Shown: piece by piece, positions 25,300 to 39,258 of the stretch
Position numbering within the stretch: position 1 is the stretch's first letter
How the letters are laid out: each line of letters begins with the position of its first letter
Source of the DNA: Marsupella aquatica
Lineage: Eukaryota > Plantae > Marchantiophyta
Direction: 5' to 3'
Length of the DNA: 64,000 nucleotides
Assembly (NCBI GenBank): GCA_973895155.1
Contig: OZ316896.1
Location: 868,001-932,000, forward strand
Program-made: the position numbers and the translations under genes
Notes under the pieces: generated by a model
What the model saw: the letters and a program-made list of their open reading frames with translations, nothing else
Database searches by the model: none
What the model was told of the DNA's origin: nothing

Positions 25300-27670
25300 C
25301 CACCAACCACCAATGTAGTACAAAACCAATAACAATGAGTTGTCTTCATCGACTGTATTTTTGTGAGAAACGAATGAGTGAGAGAGTATCTCAATCATTG
25401 ATGTCTTTGAGAATGATAATTGATGAGAGTGCTGATAATCATCTAGCAAAGCTCAGAACAATGGCTACAAGTGATACTTGGGAGACTGTGAGGGAAAGAG
25501 TAAATAGTATAAATATTTCACTTGGTCTAGGACGCATTTCTCAACCAACAATGAGTTTTCTTCACCAGAAATACTTTAAGGAGGTAGTGATTCACAAGAA
25601 GGGGAATAATTTCTCTAAATATAATACTTACAATGAATTGCAACAACAAAAGACTTATCTTTCAAGAGCCAAAGAGGAATTGGACCTATTCAGGCGGGAT
25701 GAAAGAGAGCATCATGAAGATCACACTCAAGGGAGGATTTTGTATCATGCTTGGAGGTCACACTTTGTTGCTCATCCAAAGGAGTCAATATGCATAATCC
25801 ATGACAAAATGGACCATTGTAAAATTGCTCTCCCCAAAATGCCATGGCTTCCTAAAGATTGTGACAACGCACTATAACTTCCTATCACAATCACAGGGAT
25901 TTTGACTCATGGCCATGGCCCAAAAGTTGCCGCGCAATATATTTGGCATGTTGGCCATCGGATTCAAACTCAAGTATAGGTTCCATTGACTCAATTCTAA
26001 GGATGCTGGAAAATCCAAAACCCATGATCAATTCGCTTCTAGAGGGACTTGATTCAACAAATGTGTTTGGTAACATTTTATATGGAAGGAAAAATGTCTT
26101 GAAGGATGATGTTCAGAAAGCATTTTTGGAGGATACAACTTTTATTGCCGACCAAGGTACATTTCTCTAGTCCCGTACATTCTGCTATTTTGTTTGATAC
26201 CAAATAATTTTGAACAGAAACATTTCTCTTGGAGGAAGAGTTTATTTTACCATCAGCGGAACAGTGTTCCGCAGTTGTTTTAATCTTTGTATTTCTAAAA
26301 TGCAAGTTGTGTATTTTAGTGATTGAATATTCTAACATGCATTGTTTGCTGATTATGCAATTAGTGATTCAACTTTGCGACCGTGAGCTGACTCTTACAG
26401 ACCTCTCTCACAGACTTTAAAACTATAGCTTGACAATGCCCCAAGCGATAACAAAAATTGTTTTGTCATGGCTTATTTGTCACTTTTAACGGCAAACCAA
26501 GTTTTTGAGGAGGTTCAACTTGGGTTTCTTATGGTTGGTCACACACATGAAGATGTCGATGCAATGTTTGAAAATTTATCAGAATCTTTGATGCATAATC
26601 CGACTTGGACATTACCAGATTTGATGACCTTGTTCATGAAGGCGAGAACACCAAGTCCAGTTCCACATTTTATTCAAGAGGTATCAGACTTTAAATCATA
26701 TGTTGAGCCATTTCTTTTGTCAGGGCTTGATTCATTGGTGGGACACGAAAAACCGCGTTTGTTCTGTTTCTATGTTAGACATGATGGGATGTCATGCTTT
26801 CAATACAAGCTAAAGTTAAACAATGATGTACCTTGGCTGCCTAATGACGGCATTGAAATGTGGTCATGGACTAAAGATGGTTGTCCAAACCTTCCAATTG
26901 GAGTGCCAAAGAGACTACCTATGACTAAGATAAAAATGTTGGCTGATGTGCGACAAGGGATACGAAAGCATTTGAAGTTCTTCGAATTGATTAGAGATAG
27001 AAGTGCGAAAGATAATTTGAAAGAATCTTGGGATGATCTCATTGAATATTGGAAGAGCGTGCTAGCAACGCTAGAAACAGAGGTTGTGCAATATCGAGTT
27101 GAAGATGAAATAGAATTGAAGGGTGGATTTTGGTTGAGGAAAAATTGGAGAGATAATGTCTCTATAACTTTTAGGAATGTTGCATGTGAACTGGATGCAA
27201 AAGAAGACTACATTGGACTAGTGAAGAATAAGCCTCATGAAGCCTTTCAACCAAGGGTAGATATTATGAAGGGACAGTTTATCCTACAACGACCAACATC
27301 AGAGGACAAAGATAATTACCCTGTTCATTTGGGAAGAGTAATAAGTGATGTGGAAGAGGGAGACTTGAATGTTGAAAACAAGTTGGAACATGTGTGTTTT
27401 GTGGAATGGTTTCGGCCTTATATGGTGAAAAACGATGTTGGACAAAGAGAAAGATGGAAAAAACTATTGGAGTAAGAAATGGGAACGCGATGAACGAGGG
27501 TATCCATCCCCATAAAAAATAAGTATGAATACTATGTTGTGGTGCTACAAGACCCGGAATAGTAAGAATGGTTTGGTTTCAATTCTAAAATCTGTTATTA
27601 TCAAAGCACAATATAATCTTGAGAAATGTATAGATGTAGAGGCAAACACTCTTGGCCAAGATTTATAGCA
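25300..27670 (+). pseudogene. Sola-like (DUF7869-type) DNA transposase relic
   Basis: CIIHDKMDHCKIALP...ITGILTHGHG, LDNAPSDNKNCFVMAYLSLL and FLMVGHTHEDVDAMF motifs, with several C>T-type stops. Ends not located. Confidence 0.7.
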
Positions 27671-28189
27671 TATCTGATGAGTAGACACATGTGATAAATA
27701 ATTATAAATATTGAGTTAAGTTTCAAAGATAGTCTAGCTAGGGAAAATGAGTATTTAGTCATTGGCGGCTTAGTTACTGACCCGTAGTACGTTAATATAT
27801 ATGTGGCTCTCTATTTCAAATAAATTATTATGAAACAATTATGAATAATTATTAATCTTCAGTACATGTTCAAAATTGAAGTGTAGTACTACTCTCACTA
27901 TGCCTTTGGAGGCAAGTGTGACTTTATAATGTCTACTCTTTGTCTCTCATACAAGTATTGTTTTATAATGAATGATGCAAATACTAAACTAAGGATTAAT
28001 TATGGTCTATTATACTCTTGAATGTTGTGTCAAGAGAGGTATTTTAAATATGAAATTCTTATGGATGGTGATTTATGTTCCAAAGAACTTGATTAGACTT
28101 AATTAGAGTTAATACTAATTAATTGATTTAATTAGATAATTCTCTTAAATATATTTAGGAAATACTGGAATTTGATGAATAGCCTGGTA

Positions 28190-29600
28190 TTGTCAAAATG
28201 GAGGTTCTATTGTTCCTGGCTTCACAGACAAGACCCGACATTGCATTTGCAATAAACCTGCTAGCCCACCATAGCTCCCAATCTACAATCAGGCACTGGA
28301 ACAAGGTCAAACAAATATTTGGTTATTGAGTGGCACAATTGACCTTGGGCTATTTTATCCAAGCAAAATGGACCTGACATTATCAGGCTATGCAGATGTC
28401 AGATACTTATCTGATACAGCTGATGCAAAATCTTAAACAAGATATGTGTTCAAGATCGGTTCCATTGCAATTTTGTGGAAGAGCATGAAGCAAACTCTTA
28501 TAACAACTTCCTCAAACCACTCTGAGATTATAGCACTTTATGAGGCCAACCGCAAATATATCTGGCTACGCATTGTTATTAACTATATACAAGAAATCAC
28601 AAGTATGACAAAACTCACATCACCTACTGTTATCCACGAAGATAATAAGCCTTGCATTGATTGAACAAATAGCAGCCGGATTTATCAAAGGAGATAGGAC
28701 AAAACACATCACCCCCAAGTTCTTTTTCGCGCATGATCAACTGGGAAATATGATCGACGTCAAATGGATTTCTAGCTCCAAAAACTCAACAGATATGCTC
28801 ACAAAACCCTTACCTCCAATTTTGCATTCAATACTCACTAAATCTATTGGCATGTGTAGATTATCTTAACTATCACAGGACACTAGTTGAAAACAAACAT
28901 CCAAGATTAAGTGGGACTAAGCACTCACTTGCGGGAGCTCAAAGCAAATAAAAATGACATTCGAGCTGAAGAATGACAAAGAAATATTGCTTACCCAAGA
29001 ACTCAAAGCTGAAGCCAAGACAAAGAAATGCATCACGCACAGACGACGATCCAGGAACTCAATGCAATGCCAGAGCAAGACATCCTTATCGCGCTGCATA
29101 CATCACCCAACAATTTCACCCTTCATTCCCCCAACACACTCTCATCTATTCACAAACAGAACCTAACACTCAACACCAACTACCCTATGCGACCTAAAAG
29201 ACTGACCATCGAACAAAGGCTGGATTTTTTTTGCCTAACTTAGCATAGTTAGAACCCAAGATCCACAAAAGACTTAACATTAACAAGGGGAATAGGAGGG
29301 GTGGTAATACTCTTTCCTCCCACAAGAAAGGAGAGGGAGGTTTTAATGAGATTACACCCCACCTCCACACTTAATATCTCAAATACATACATTCAACTTG
29401 GAAATACTTTATTTAATCATAGTAAATTACTAAAGATAGACTTTAGATGTCTACATCTTTCTCATAACAAAGATACAAACAAGGGGGAGTGTTGCAACCC
29501 ATAGGTTAAATCAGTCTACCTTAGATTAGAACTCTAACCGACGGCGGTTATACCACTAACCACCTTAGTAACAACCTTGTGTATAAAGTATTCACTGAGT
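28190..29600 (+). mobile_element. Ty1/copia 3' fragment (RT end, RNase H, PPT, start of 3' LTR)
   Basis: TRPDIAFAINLLA, GYAD, SSNHSEIIALYEA, EDN, RTKHI, DMLTKPL. The polypurine tract aagggggag is followed by TGTTG at 29490. Confidence 0.9.
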
Positions 29601-30551
29601 AAAGAAATTGGAGTTATTGTGATGTTGAACAAATGATAATTTGTATGGCATGTGTATAAAAGATATATGTATGTAACAATGACATACCAGGGAAGATTTT
29701 GGAAGCAATTATGTTATGGATGGAATTCATGACTATGTATATGTAATGGGTTATCGATAGGAACCAGCCTGTGAACAGGGATGATAATGCTATAAAGTAA
29801 CACTTGGACCTAATTGTATGTTAGGATGTGATATCTATTGTGATATATATTATTTGATCTCTCTCTCTCTAGATACATCTCAAAGTGACCCAATGTAAGG
29901 AATAAATATAAAATAAGCAGTATATAGAACAAACCATATACACACCAAGATAACACACTAAAGTACTATGTACATAATAAACAAACATAAGTAACACCAT
30001 ACGCATATAATCTGGTTTCAAAACTAGTATCAACCATATAGCATAATATGAACCGTCGGATCCAAAATTCACTAAAAAATGGTGACCCACCTAAACCTAA
30101 GTGGCGGCTACCCTAAAAATGAACTCTTCATAGATTTTCATACATATATTCTTCTCACAACACAAACATACGCACTACTCAACAATTTCATATTGTTGAC
30201 ATGCTTGGAACCACGAGCAAATGTTGCGCATCTCTCTAGGCATCTATCTCTCTCTCACATTGTACTCTCTGCAACTATGCACACCATGACACTTTATTCT
30301 CTGCACTTTAGGTCTGCACATAGTACTTACTATATGCTCTGGCACTCTTTCACCGCACTATTTTACAGGCACATTCTCTCCTCACTGCTACGTTTTGCAC
30401 CTGGTTTTTTTCCCGTTACACTCTACACCTGGGGTGAGCAACAACATAACTCAAATTCATATGGCCAAATCCCAATAGGTATGACATCTTACATTATCCG
30501 TTGTATACACAAAGAAATTTGTCAGAATTTTTTGTGCTAGCCTGAAATTAC

Positions 30552-30752
30552 TATGTGTCTCTCCGTTGCTGCCGTGATTCAAAGTAGCATAAATACATAA
30601 CCTGACTTCTTCATTTTAGAAAGAGTCCCCTTAAAGACGGGGGCTGAATGATGACCTTAAGGGTGTAATACAGGCTATCATCTGTATTATAAGTCCAGTT
30701 AATGGTCTTTGACATGACATTTTGACACAATGACATGTCTAGACTGCACACC
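30552..30752 (+). ncRNA. Intronic structured RNA motif, copy 3
   Basis: tatgtGTC-TCTCCGT-hairpin(tgctgc/gtagca)-TAAAtacata-hairpin-cccttaaag-ACGGGGG-CTGAATGATGA-ccttaaggg-hairpin(aatacag/ctgtatt). The mini-exon ATGGCCAAATCCCAATAG|GT lies at 30461-30478. Confidence 0.72.
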
Positions 30753-33700
30753 ATTAGAATGATTCTCACTTAATCATTTATATATATATATATCAGTTTT
30801 ATCACCTTGTTATATAAAATTGCTCGATATCTATGTGCTAATACTACTAATATTTTGTTTTTTGTGTGTGCTTGGTTACTCTATTACAAAGAGATAGATA
30901 AAGCAAGTTTGAGACTTATTTCAATCGTTAATCTATAGATAGATGTTACTATGCTGTGACATTTGACACTTAAGATCTGTTGAGAACTTCTTGATATTTT
31001 TTGACATTTTTTGCACCAATCATAACTTGACAATAGAATCTTGAGGTATAGTTTAATCCGATCCAATTTTTGAGCCATGCAATGTTCTGACCCTATATGT
31101 ACAGGTTACTATCACTTTTCTACTTTCTCCTCTACTCACACTCATCCCAATATTGTGCACAAATTGTACATCGTGATTGCCAGCTTCTAAATGATTCTCG
31201 AATAATGTGATGATATCTTTTTGTACGAGTGACTGAGGTGGATATCCTTCTAAAGATCTTTCCATGACTTCTTAAGTATGACTTTATGGATATGTGGCTT
31301 GATATTATGAGATATTGACTTGGCCTTGATTGGGTGTTAAAATATTGACATTACATCTCTCTCTCTTGATACAAGATGACCCATTCAAATAGATTAAAAA
31401 GACTATATATAATAGTTCTAGTTAGAATGACAACACTTTTTCCTCCGCAACACTGTATGACCCTTAAAATACCTATGAAGGATACTAAATACAGTACCAC
31501 ATATGACCATTACGCATAAAAATGATATATACATATGTATACTCACCTAATACAAAGATCTTCTAAAATAATACATCTCTATCATTCATTCAGATCCAGC
31601 CTAGATCTAACGGTTACCGTACTCAAATCTGGACCCCACACAAAATCTAGAAAAAAAATTCCCGTATGATAGATTCCCCCACCAACACTCTTTTTGCTTT
31701 ATAAAAACACACTCAACATCTATTCTGACACACAATTCCTCCTGAACATTCCTTTTTGTATGATGCCTTCTTTCTCTGCGTGAACACACCATCGGGCAGC
31801 TCCATGCATATAGATCTACTACGAGGGTGACTGATTGGCTCAAGCTCTTTTTGTCTTTTCTCACTGTCACTCTGAAGTTTTTTAGCATCCCTATAGCATT
31901 GTTTTTTTAGCACGTTCCAGTTCACAATTCACGTAAGGCTCCTATGTACAACTATGGTGTTGTCATGAGGTTTCCATCCTAAAAGAGGAATCCTCATGTT
32001 TTGTGAAGGAAGTTGAAACCATTTTCTGCTTCTAACTTGGGCAAGTTGACTTGACTTGAGCTAACATGACCATGATGAAGGAGGAAGTAGACTTATGAGG
32101 GTCAAGGTAGGGATGAGGTCAAGCCTACCCACCCTTGTTACTATTGTGAGATATGTTTTTCATTTGTGACCAGTGGTTAAGTTGTCATTTGGCAGATTGG
32201 CAAAATGGAGGTTGCTTGCTCGACAAGCAAGGTATTTAGGGTTTTGGCAATATGGTGACCAGGTTCATTGAATATGGGGAGGAGGTGACCAAGTTCAAGG
32301 CATGTAGGAGGGTTTGGTCCAAGTGCATTAGTTTTGTAAGATATGGGCCGGATTCAGATTTTTGTGTTAAATAGACTAGATTCAATGTATCTAGTTCAAC
32401 GGTGGATCTTGGTTTTGGTTAATTGATGGTTTGGATTGAAGGTGGAGATGCAAGTTAGGGCTTGGTGGAGGTCATGGCTTTTTCAAAAAGATCAAAGCTC
32501 TTTTGGTTTGGAAGTTACTAAGGAGGGGTTTTTTGGCTCATTTCTAGCCGTTTGATCTAATTGGTGTGAGGTTAGGGATGTAATTCAACAAAGACTAAAA
32601 CCATAAGTGGAGGAGCTTGTGGGTGCCCTGAGCCTTCCCACGTGGGTACTAAAGGAGGAAGTTCAAGTGGCCAAGGGTTCAAAAGTTAGATGCTGCTAAA
32701 GTGTTGTGATTTTGCCATTTTGGAGTGTTAAGTCCCATTTCGAGTTGTAGGAACGAACCTCTAGAGGGGAGCTCAAGGATGAGGGATGTGTAAGGGAGGA
32801 GCCCTCCTCCTTGGCCGTGGCCTTAGTTTCTTGAGGGTAGGAGATGTAGAACTCATTTTTAGAAGGAGAAGAGAGAGGTGACAATTTGAATGTTGCTACA
32901 TTTCACTTGTGACAGTTTTTTCTAGGGATTTTGAGGGAGGTTTCGAATGTAGGAGAGACTGATTCAAAGCCTTAGGAAGGAGGTAGACCATGAGTAGGAA
33001 GCTTAAGGAGCATGCATGAGAGATTGTCCACAAGAAGGCATACTCGAATGTAATCTCTTGGCTCCAAGTTTTGAAAGGTTTGAAGTAGTAGGGCTGATTC
33101 AAAGTCTTAGTGATGATATGTAACAAAATTTTCCTGAGCTTGTGTGTGTTGCATGAGAGAGGGCTCATTAAGATGGCCTACTCAAGTGCAAACACCATGG
33201 CTTGGGGGTTTTGAAGGAGGATGATAGGTGTAAGGGAGTAGGAAGGGAGACAAAGCTATTTTGAAGCCTTGAGATGACTATGGTGGTAGTTTGGAGGCTA
33301 GGTAATGTCTTACTTGGTGTTTGAGCTTGTTTGGTTCATCTTTGCTAGGAGGGTCTTGCTTGTGACCCATATTTTAACTTATGAAAGGCCATGATGCTTT
33401 CCATGTGCCGTTTGCCATGCATTTAGAGAAGTAGACTTCTTGGTTTTTGAAAGATGGTGTAGGAGGATTGTTTTGGCTATGAATGAAGGATGAATGGATC
33501 ATTTGTGAAAGCTATGTGATATAATGGGTATTTTTGATAATGTTTGAAGTCTCGGGGGCCTCAGTATACAGAGGCCCTCATACCACGCTCAACGTTTTGG
33601 TCCCCTGCGACCCTAACTTATTAAGTAAAAAAATAAATTCCCCTCCCTATCATACTTAGAAGAATTCCAAATCCTTAAATTTTGACCCCTAAAAAAGGTT

Positions 33701-34149
33701 AAGTTTTGCCATCATTAAAACATACCTTACTAAGAAAAGAAAATTTCTTTCAATGCGCACCTTTTTTGAGTGTTTGTCAAGATTATTTGAGTCTTTGTGA
33801 AGCTCATTCAAGCCCTACTATGCTCCTTTGACATCCATATCTTATCATAAAAAACTTATAGTATATAGTGCAGATGCTTCCACTAAGAATCTCAATTCTA
33901 GTAGAAGCTTCAGCAATATACAGTATGAGTTGTTCATATTTGCAATCTCCTATGCTTGTCTCATGTGAACGGTAGGTGCACCAAAAGAAAATTGAGTAAA
34001 AAATCTGAATGAGTGTATGTGGCAGAGGGGAATTGAACCCCTGATTGAGCAAGAAGCCCAAATATCCAAATCTGCCACCCCTTAGCCTATCCCTTGTACC
34101 TACTTAAACCACTACCATAAGTTTTGGTACATGCACATCATTCAACTCT

Positions 34150-37100
34150 AGACATGGTCTCTAGATAAGTATCCAAAGCTTGTTTGTCAACTCAATCTAA
34201 CACATACACTAAGCCAATCCCTTGTTTCATGCTTAGAGTAACATTAGTCATCACCATTTCTATATCAATCCATTGTAAATCAGTCGTATCATAAGTGAAT
34301 TCAACCTTGCTTGAGCTTGTTGGCTTATACCAATTAAATAAGAACTGACAAATACTCCCTATGTGTCCATGAGGAGGTGTTGGCCTGTCAAGCAAATCAA
34401 TAGCAGATCTCACTCTAGTCCATTGTCCCTTAACTTTCTATCTCATCATCATAATATGACCAAGCCAAAATTCTTTCTTGGCTTGCACTTCTGGTTCTTG
34501 AGTCCTAGCTTTACCTCTTCCTTTACCTTTCCCTTTCTTTGATCTTGTAGAAGGGCCTGCAACATTAGCACTTTCAAATGCTACTCCACAATCACTTCCA
34601 ACATCAACAAAACAGGTAACAGTATTTGGATCACATTGTTTCCTCTTACCAAGATTATAGTATGCCACTTGCTTCACCCTTGTGAGCCTATCCTTAGACA
34701 AATGCGGGTTGCCCACTAGTTGACTCACCAAAGTAGATTTGTAAATTGTTCTGCCCTCATAGGTAACTGTAGGCAAAACCTTCCTCTTTTCCTGTAGAGG
34801 GCTCTGAGTAGACTCTGTAAGGTCAGCCACAATAGAAGACAACACATGACGAATCTCATGCCCTAAAGTATCTACCTCTACAGAATGAGATTCTGGTATG
34901 TCTAACTCGGCCCCATCCTGCAAAACATCATCAGGAATGGTTACATCATCTGTCAACCATGCATCAATTTGATTTAGATCTTCCTCAGGGTCTTCAAATT
35001 CATGAAACTCTCCTTCTGGTCGAGGTCCAATTAGAGATCTGTGCTCTACATGGTCTTCAGAATCGTCAACAACAATTGTTTATGCTATGATAGCTGAATC
35101 TGGCCATGTTTCAACTTCCACATGCCAAGGGTGAGTCCACCACCACTTTCTTGATGCTGGCAGATCACTTCGGGGAGACATTTGCAACATTCTAAGCAAC
35201 TCTTTTGCTTCTTCAAATCCTTCTTTCAAGGTTGCAACCACCAACTCATTAGTTTGTACTTCAGAGTAATCAAAAAGATTAGGTGCATCTTCACCTTCAA
35301 GTAAAGGATGAAGCTTGGCCCACACATGATCTTGCTTTTTATGTGATCGAGCTACTTTCAAGCCCTCTGGTCCACATTCTAATCCAGCAAGACGATTCAA
35401 CCCAACAGCACTATCCAACAAAGAACCAAAATCATAATTTCTCTCATGGCCACTCATTCCACCTACCTTACTGAAAAAGATCTCACAACAATCAGAACCC
35501 AACTCATGAAATGGAATACACAAGTGAGAAAACTTGTCACGAAATGCACATACAAGCAACACAATGAATTGGCAAGACATATTAACATCATGAAAAGCTT
35601 GGATTGAAATCATATTTTTCTCTGTATGTAAAGCAACATTTCCACCTACAGCATGATCACCATACCTCAACCACAACCTCCACAATCGAAAGAACCAAGA
35701 AACTTTTCCTGCCAGCTTCACTCTAGTCCTTAGATCATGTCTCTGGGAGTAGAAAATGTCAATGTAATCTGCACAAATCTGCAGATACAACTCTATCCCC
35801 AAACTTTGTTCATACAACAGATCAGTTCTTAGATGCAAATCTGCTAAACATGCACGCACCTTTTCTGATGCTATCCTCTGGGGACCAGCCCAATTCTGAC
35901 GGTCAGATCTATTCACATCATCCCAATTCAATCCATGTTGATGAATTGGATAACTATTGTACACATTACAAACGTGAAACAGAGAAGCATGTTGGTCTCC
36001 AAGTGCCATTATTGAGGACACTCGATCTAGTGGGTTTATCAACTTTTTCCCATTGTGAGGCTGGTCTTGATCACCAAAACCATAGAGATCCCCATTAGGC
36101 AATATGGCAACTGAGTAAGGCCATCCTTCCCACCTACAGAAAATCTAGGGTAAGAACCATTTTCTCCTCTGTAATCTTCTAACATCAATTTCCTGCGTCT
36201 TGCATCACCATCACTAGCATGCCCAAGCAAAGGACCTACAGAGTCTCTGCAATGCACATCCCAAGATTCCTTCAATTGCATCCAATGCTCTCGTACCCAT
36301 TCTGCCTTGAATTTGTTACAGGTTGATATAGCACAGAGGGCCAACTTTGGCATTCCAACATGCAATGGATTCACAATGACAACTCTAGCATACATCCCCT
36401 TGTTAAAATCCTCAAATGTATTTACAATCTTGTTATAGCCATCCTCATCGTCACCTACAAGAATTTCTAATCCAAATTCATAGGTGTGCTCATCCTTATG
36501 ACCACAAAAACCAATCAGAGTGTCATATTTGGCCTCCCACCTGCAGAGAGCCCAATGTCAATGAGATCAGTTCCAAAGAGTTGATAAAACTACATGTCTA
36601 ACAAATAGTCTTCAACTCCAATTGCATCAATATGTGTTGTAATAAACATACATTGGGCTTTCCTTGATCCTGGTTTCATCCTCTGCAAGCATGATAGGAA
36701 CATCCCCCTGAATTTGTAACATCTCCTTTGCAACAGACAAAATCCAAGCCACCTCCTTGAATGTTTTTGGCCTAATTCCAGCACAAAATTAAATAAATTT
36801 TGCTCTATCTCATTTTAGTGTCTTCAAGCTTGGCCCAGCTAAGTTCCTTGCAAAAACATGGGCCACCTGCCGGCCCCCATATTGAAACATAGCCTAAGCT
36901 ATGGCTTTTGTTTTCTGACTGTAACAAAACCCCCTTGCATTTCTCTCCCAATTTTTACCTACATCCTTCAAGAAATCCCATAGACCTTCTTTTCCACCAA
37001 ATGCACCATTCCTATGACCATTGACAATACTCCTTAGAAAAAGTCTCAAATCTTTTCTGTCTGCAGCTACTCCTAACAGTTCCTGCAATTTTCTCTTCCT

Positions 37101-38400
37101 AGTACTAAGGGCACACACTTTCTGAGTCTGTAGTGCCAACAACCATCTCTCCTTTCTTCTCTTGACATTCAGACCATGCATCTGTTTGGTCAACTCTGGA
37201 CGTGTCAAATAACGTGCATTCAAACCACCCTCTATGCTTCTTTCCCCTCTCTTTGCTAAAGCTTCCGCTTCCCTGTGCACCTGCCCACGAAAGTCATCTT
37301 CTAATGTTATAACATGACATCTACTACAAGTTAGGTTCAAAAACTCCCCACCATACAAGGACAGCCTAGAGCAATCTCTATGCCTAAATAGTCCTTTTAT
37401 ATGTACAATAGAACTTGTGTTAGGATTGTAGACATCAACAGAGACTGTAGCATCTAAATCCCATACATGTCCACCACACTGATCATGCAAGATACCCTTC
37501 ACAGCATACTTCACATTCTTCCACTCTACATATTCATCCCATATTCCCCAACAAAGCAAACTCAAGCCCACATCAATGTCTATAGACCCACCTGTACCAG
37601 AGCTGCTGCTTGCATTGGAAGCATCCTCCTTGAAGACTTTTAAAATTGAATTATGTGAAGGATGTTGATCCCTCTCATCTGGCTTCCTTGGTCTGCCCCT
37701 CTTTCTAGATCTCAATGCAAGTTCAGCAGTATTCTTTCTGGCTTCAACTACATCCAAGTGATCCCGACTAACCAAATGTGTCCTTAGGTTGTGGTCCAAA
37801 GTCCCTTTCTTACAAACCAAATTCATGATTGCCCCACAGACTTTACAACAAACCTTATAAAGGAACCACTTGTTTGCATTATTGGCTACACCAGGCACAG
37901 GGGGCACATGAAATAGCTCATCATCACCTCCACACTCAGTATTCAGAGTCTGGACTATCTCTAGGCCAGTTGCTATGGCCCCCTCATAATCAAACTCAGG
38001 CTTCTGTGCAAGATCAGAGGGCTTGACCCCAGTCATAGCAATGCCCCTTCTCCTGCAGTAATTGTCTTTGTGTTTAGCAAAGGCAAGGTGCTTGGTCTTA
38101 AAATTGCTGAATAGATTAGCAATTGACTTCTTATCTTGGGAATTGTCTGCCCTCCCATAGATCACTCTGCACTCAAGACACTCTAGATGGTCTCTCACAT
38201 CTTGTCCTTCATCCCATGTTCAAATTCTCCAATTATGATTTTTATACCCATTTTTGTGAATCCACTTCTCTAGTCTTATAAATTCATCATTCCAGACTTT
38301 GACAGTTGCTTTAGACATGAGAATAGACTCAAAAGAAGCTCTCACAGGGGGAGCATCTTGAAGTTGTTCACAATGACAGTCACATAAAGAACCTCCCATA
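34150..38400 (-). pseudogene. P-superfamily-like transposase, frameshifted
   Basis: Fragments 38400-36894, 36395-36039, 36102-35080, 34956-34438 and 34413-34192 are colinear with 51419-55916. Motifs GHASDGDARRRKLM, DQDQPHNGKKLINPL and GSDCCEIFFSKVGG. Confidence 0.88.
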
Positions 38401-38589
38401 TAGACTGAACCTGCCATATAGCACAAAGAACAAAACAATAGAAGAGTATTAGAGATTACTCCAAAATAGTTCAAACAAGCTTTTGATGTCCAGATTAGGA
38501 CACCAACAAAAACAAAATTATCACTGTTCACATGTGATTACTCAGCTATATAAGGCCTTTACCAAAGCAATTCTAACAATATTCTGATA

Positions 38590-39258
38590 GCCTCTAAGAG
38601 GTATGAGGCTGCACAGGAACCAATTCCCCCTCAAGTATTGCATGTCTGTGACAATAAATAAAACGTCATCCTTCCACATCCCAATGGTCCCTACCCTTCA
38701 CACACCTCCTGAGGTGTTTCACCCCCCAGGGGTCTCATCATGACACCAACTACGAGGGCATCTACTACACTGTACAAAATCTTTAATCCCATCCTTGTAG
38801 ACTTTACAGTAGTCACAAAAATGCCTTGGGCACATTAGGTTCTTAGGACTTGTTGGATGAGACCTCTGAGGCAGTGCCCCAACCATAAGTAGCACCCTAA
38901 GGCAGCCAGGGTGGTAATGAGAAAAGCAATGAGGATGGGCACAGTGGAGCACAAGAGATTCTTCTGTTGTGAGATTTTCAAATCTGGCAATGAGTCCACA
39001 AGCAAAGCATCTAGCTCTGCCGGCAGCACACAATTGACAAACCCAGGGTGCCCTCCAGTCATTGTTTTCAGGCAATGTGACAGGAGTGCAAATGGCCCCC
39101 TGTATACCTTCTCCACCAACAAAGTGAAAATGTCTACTACAAGGACCATCACAAAATACCAAACCATCTGTCTCATCACAAAAGAAACAGCAAGGGGGAT
39201 CCATGCGGTGGTGCTCCTTATGGGAAAATATGTCAATTCGTGGCACATCCAAAGCCAT
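38590..39258 (-). pseudogene. EDM2/NSD-type multiple PHD-finger protein carried by element A
   Basis: CFFCDETDGLVFCDGPCSRHFH...WVCQLC...RCFACG...CAHPHCFSHYHPGCL...CPRHFCDYC...QCSRCPRSW, continuing across frameshifts as HWDVEG-MTFYYCHRHAILEGELVPVQPH. Cys/His spacing and the tail follow the EDM2 PHD region as recalled. Confidence 0.8.

Noticed and set aside
30640-30656. CTGA-A-TGATGA as snoRNA D'/C' boxes
   Set aside because: The boxes are only 1 nt apart, other copies read AAGACAA or TGAAGA, and no terminal C/D pair is present. Not formally excluded, since the motif is intronic.
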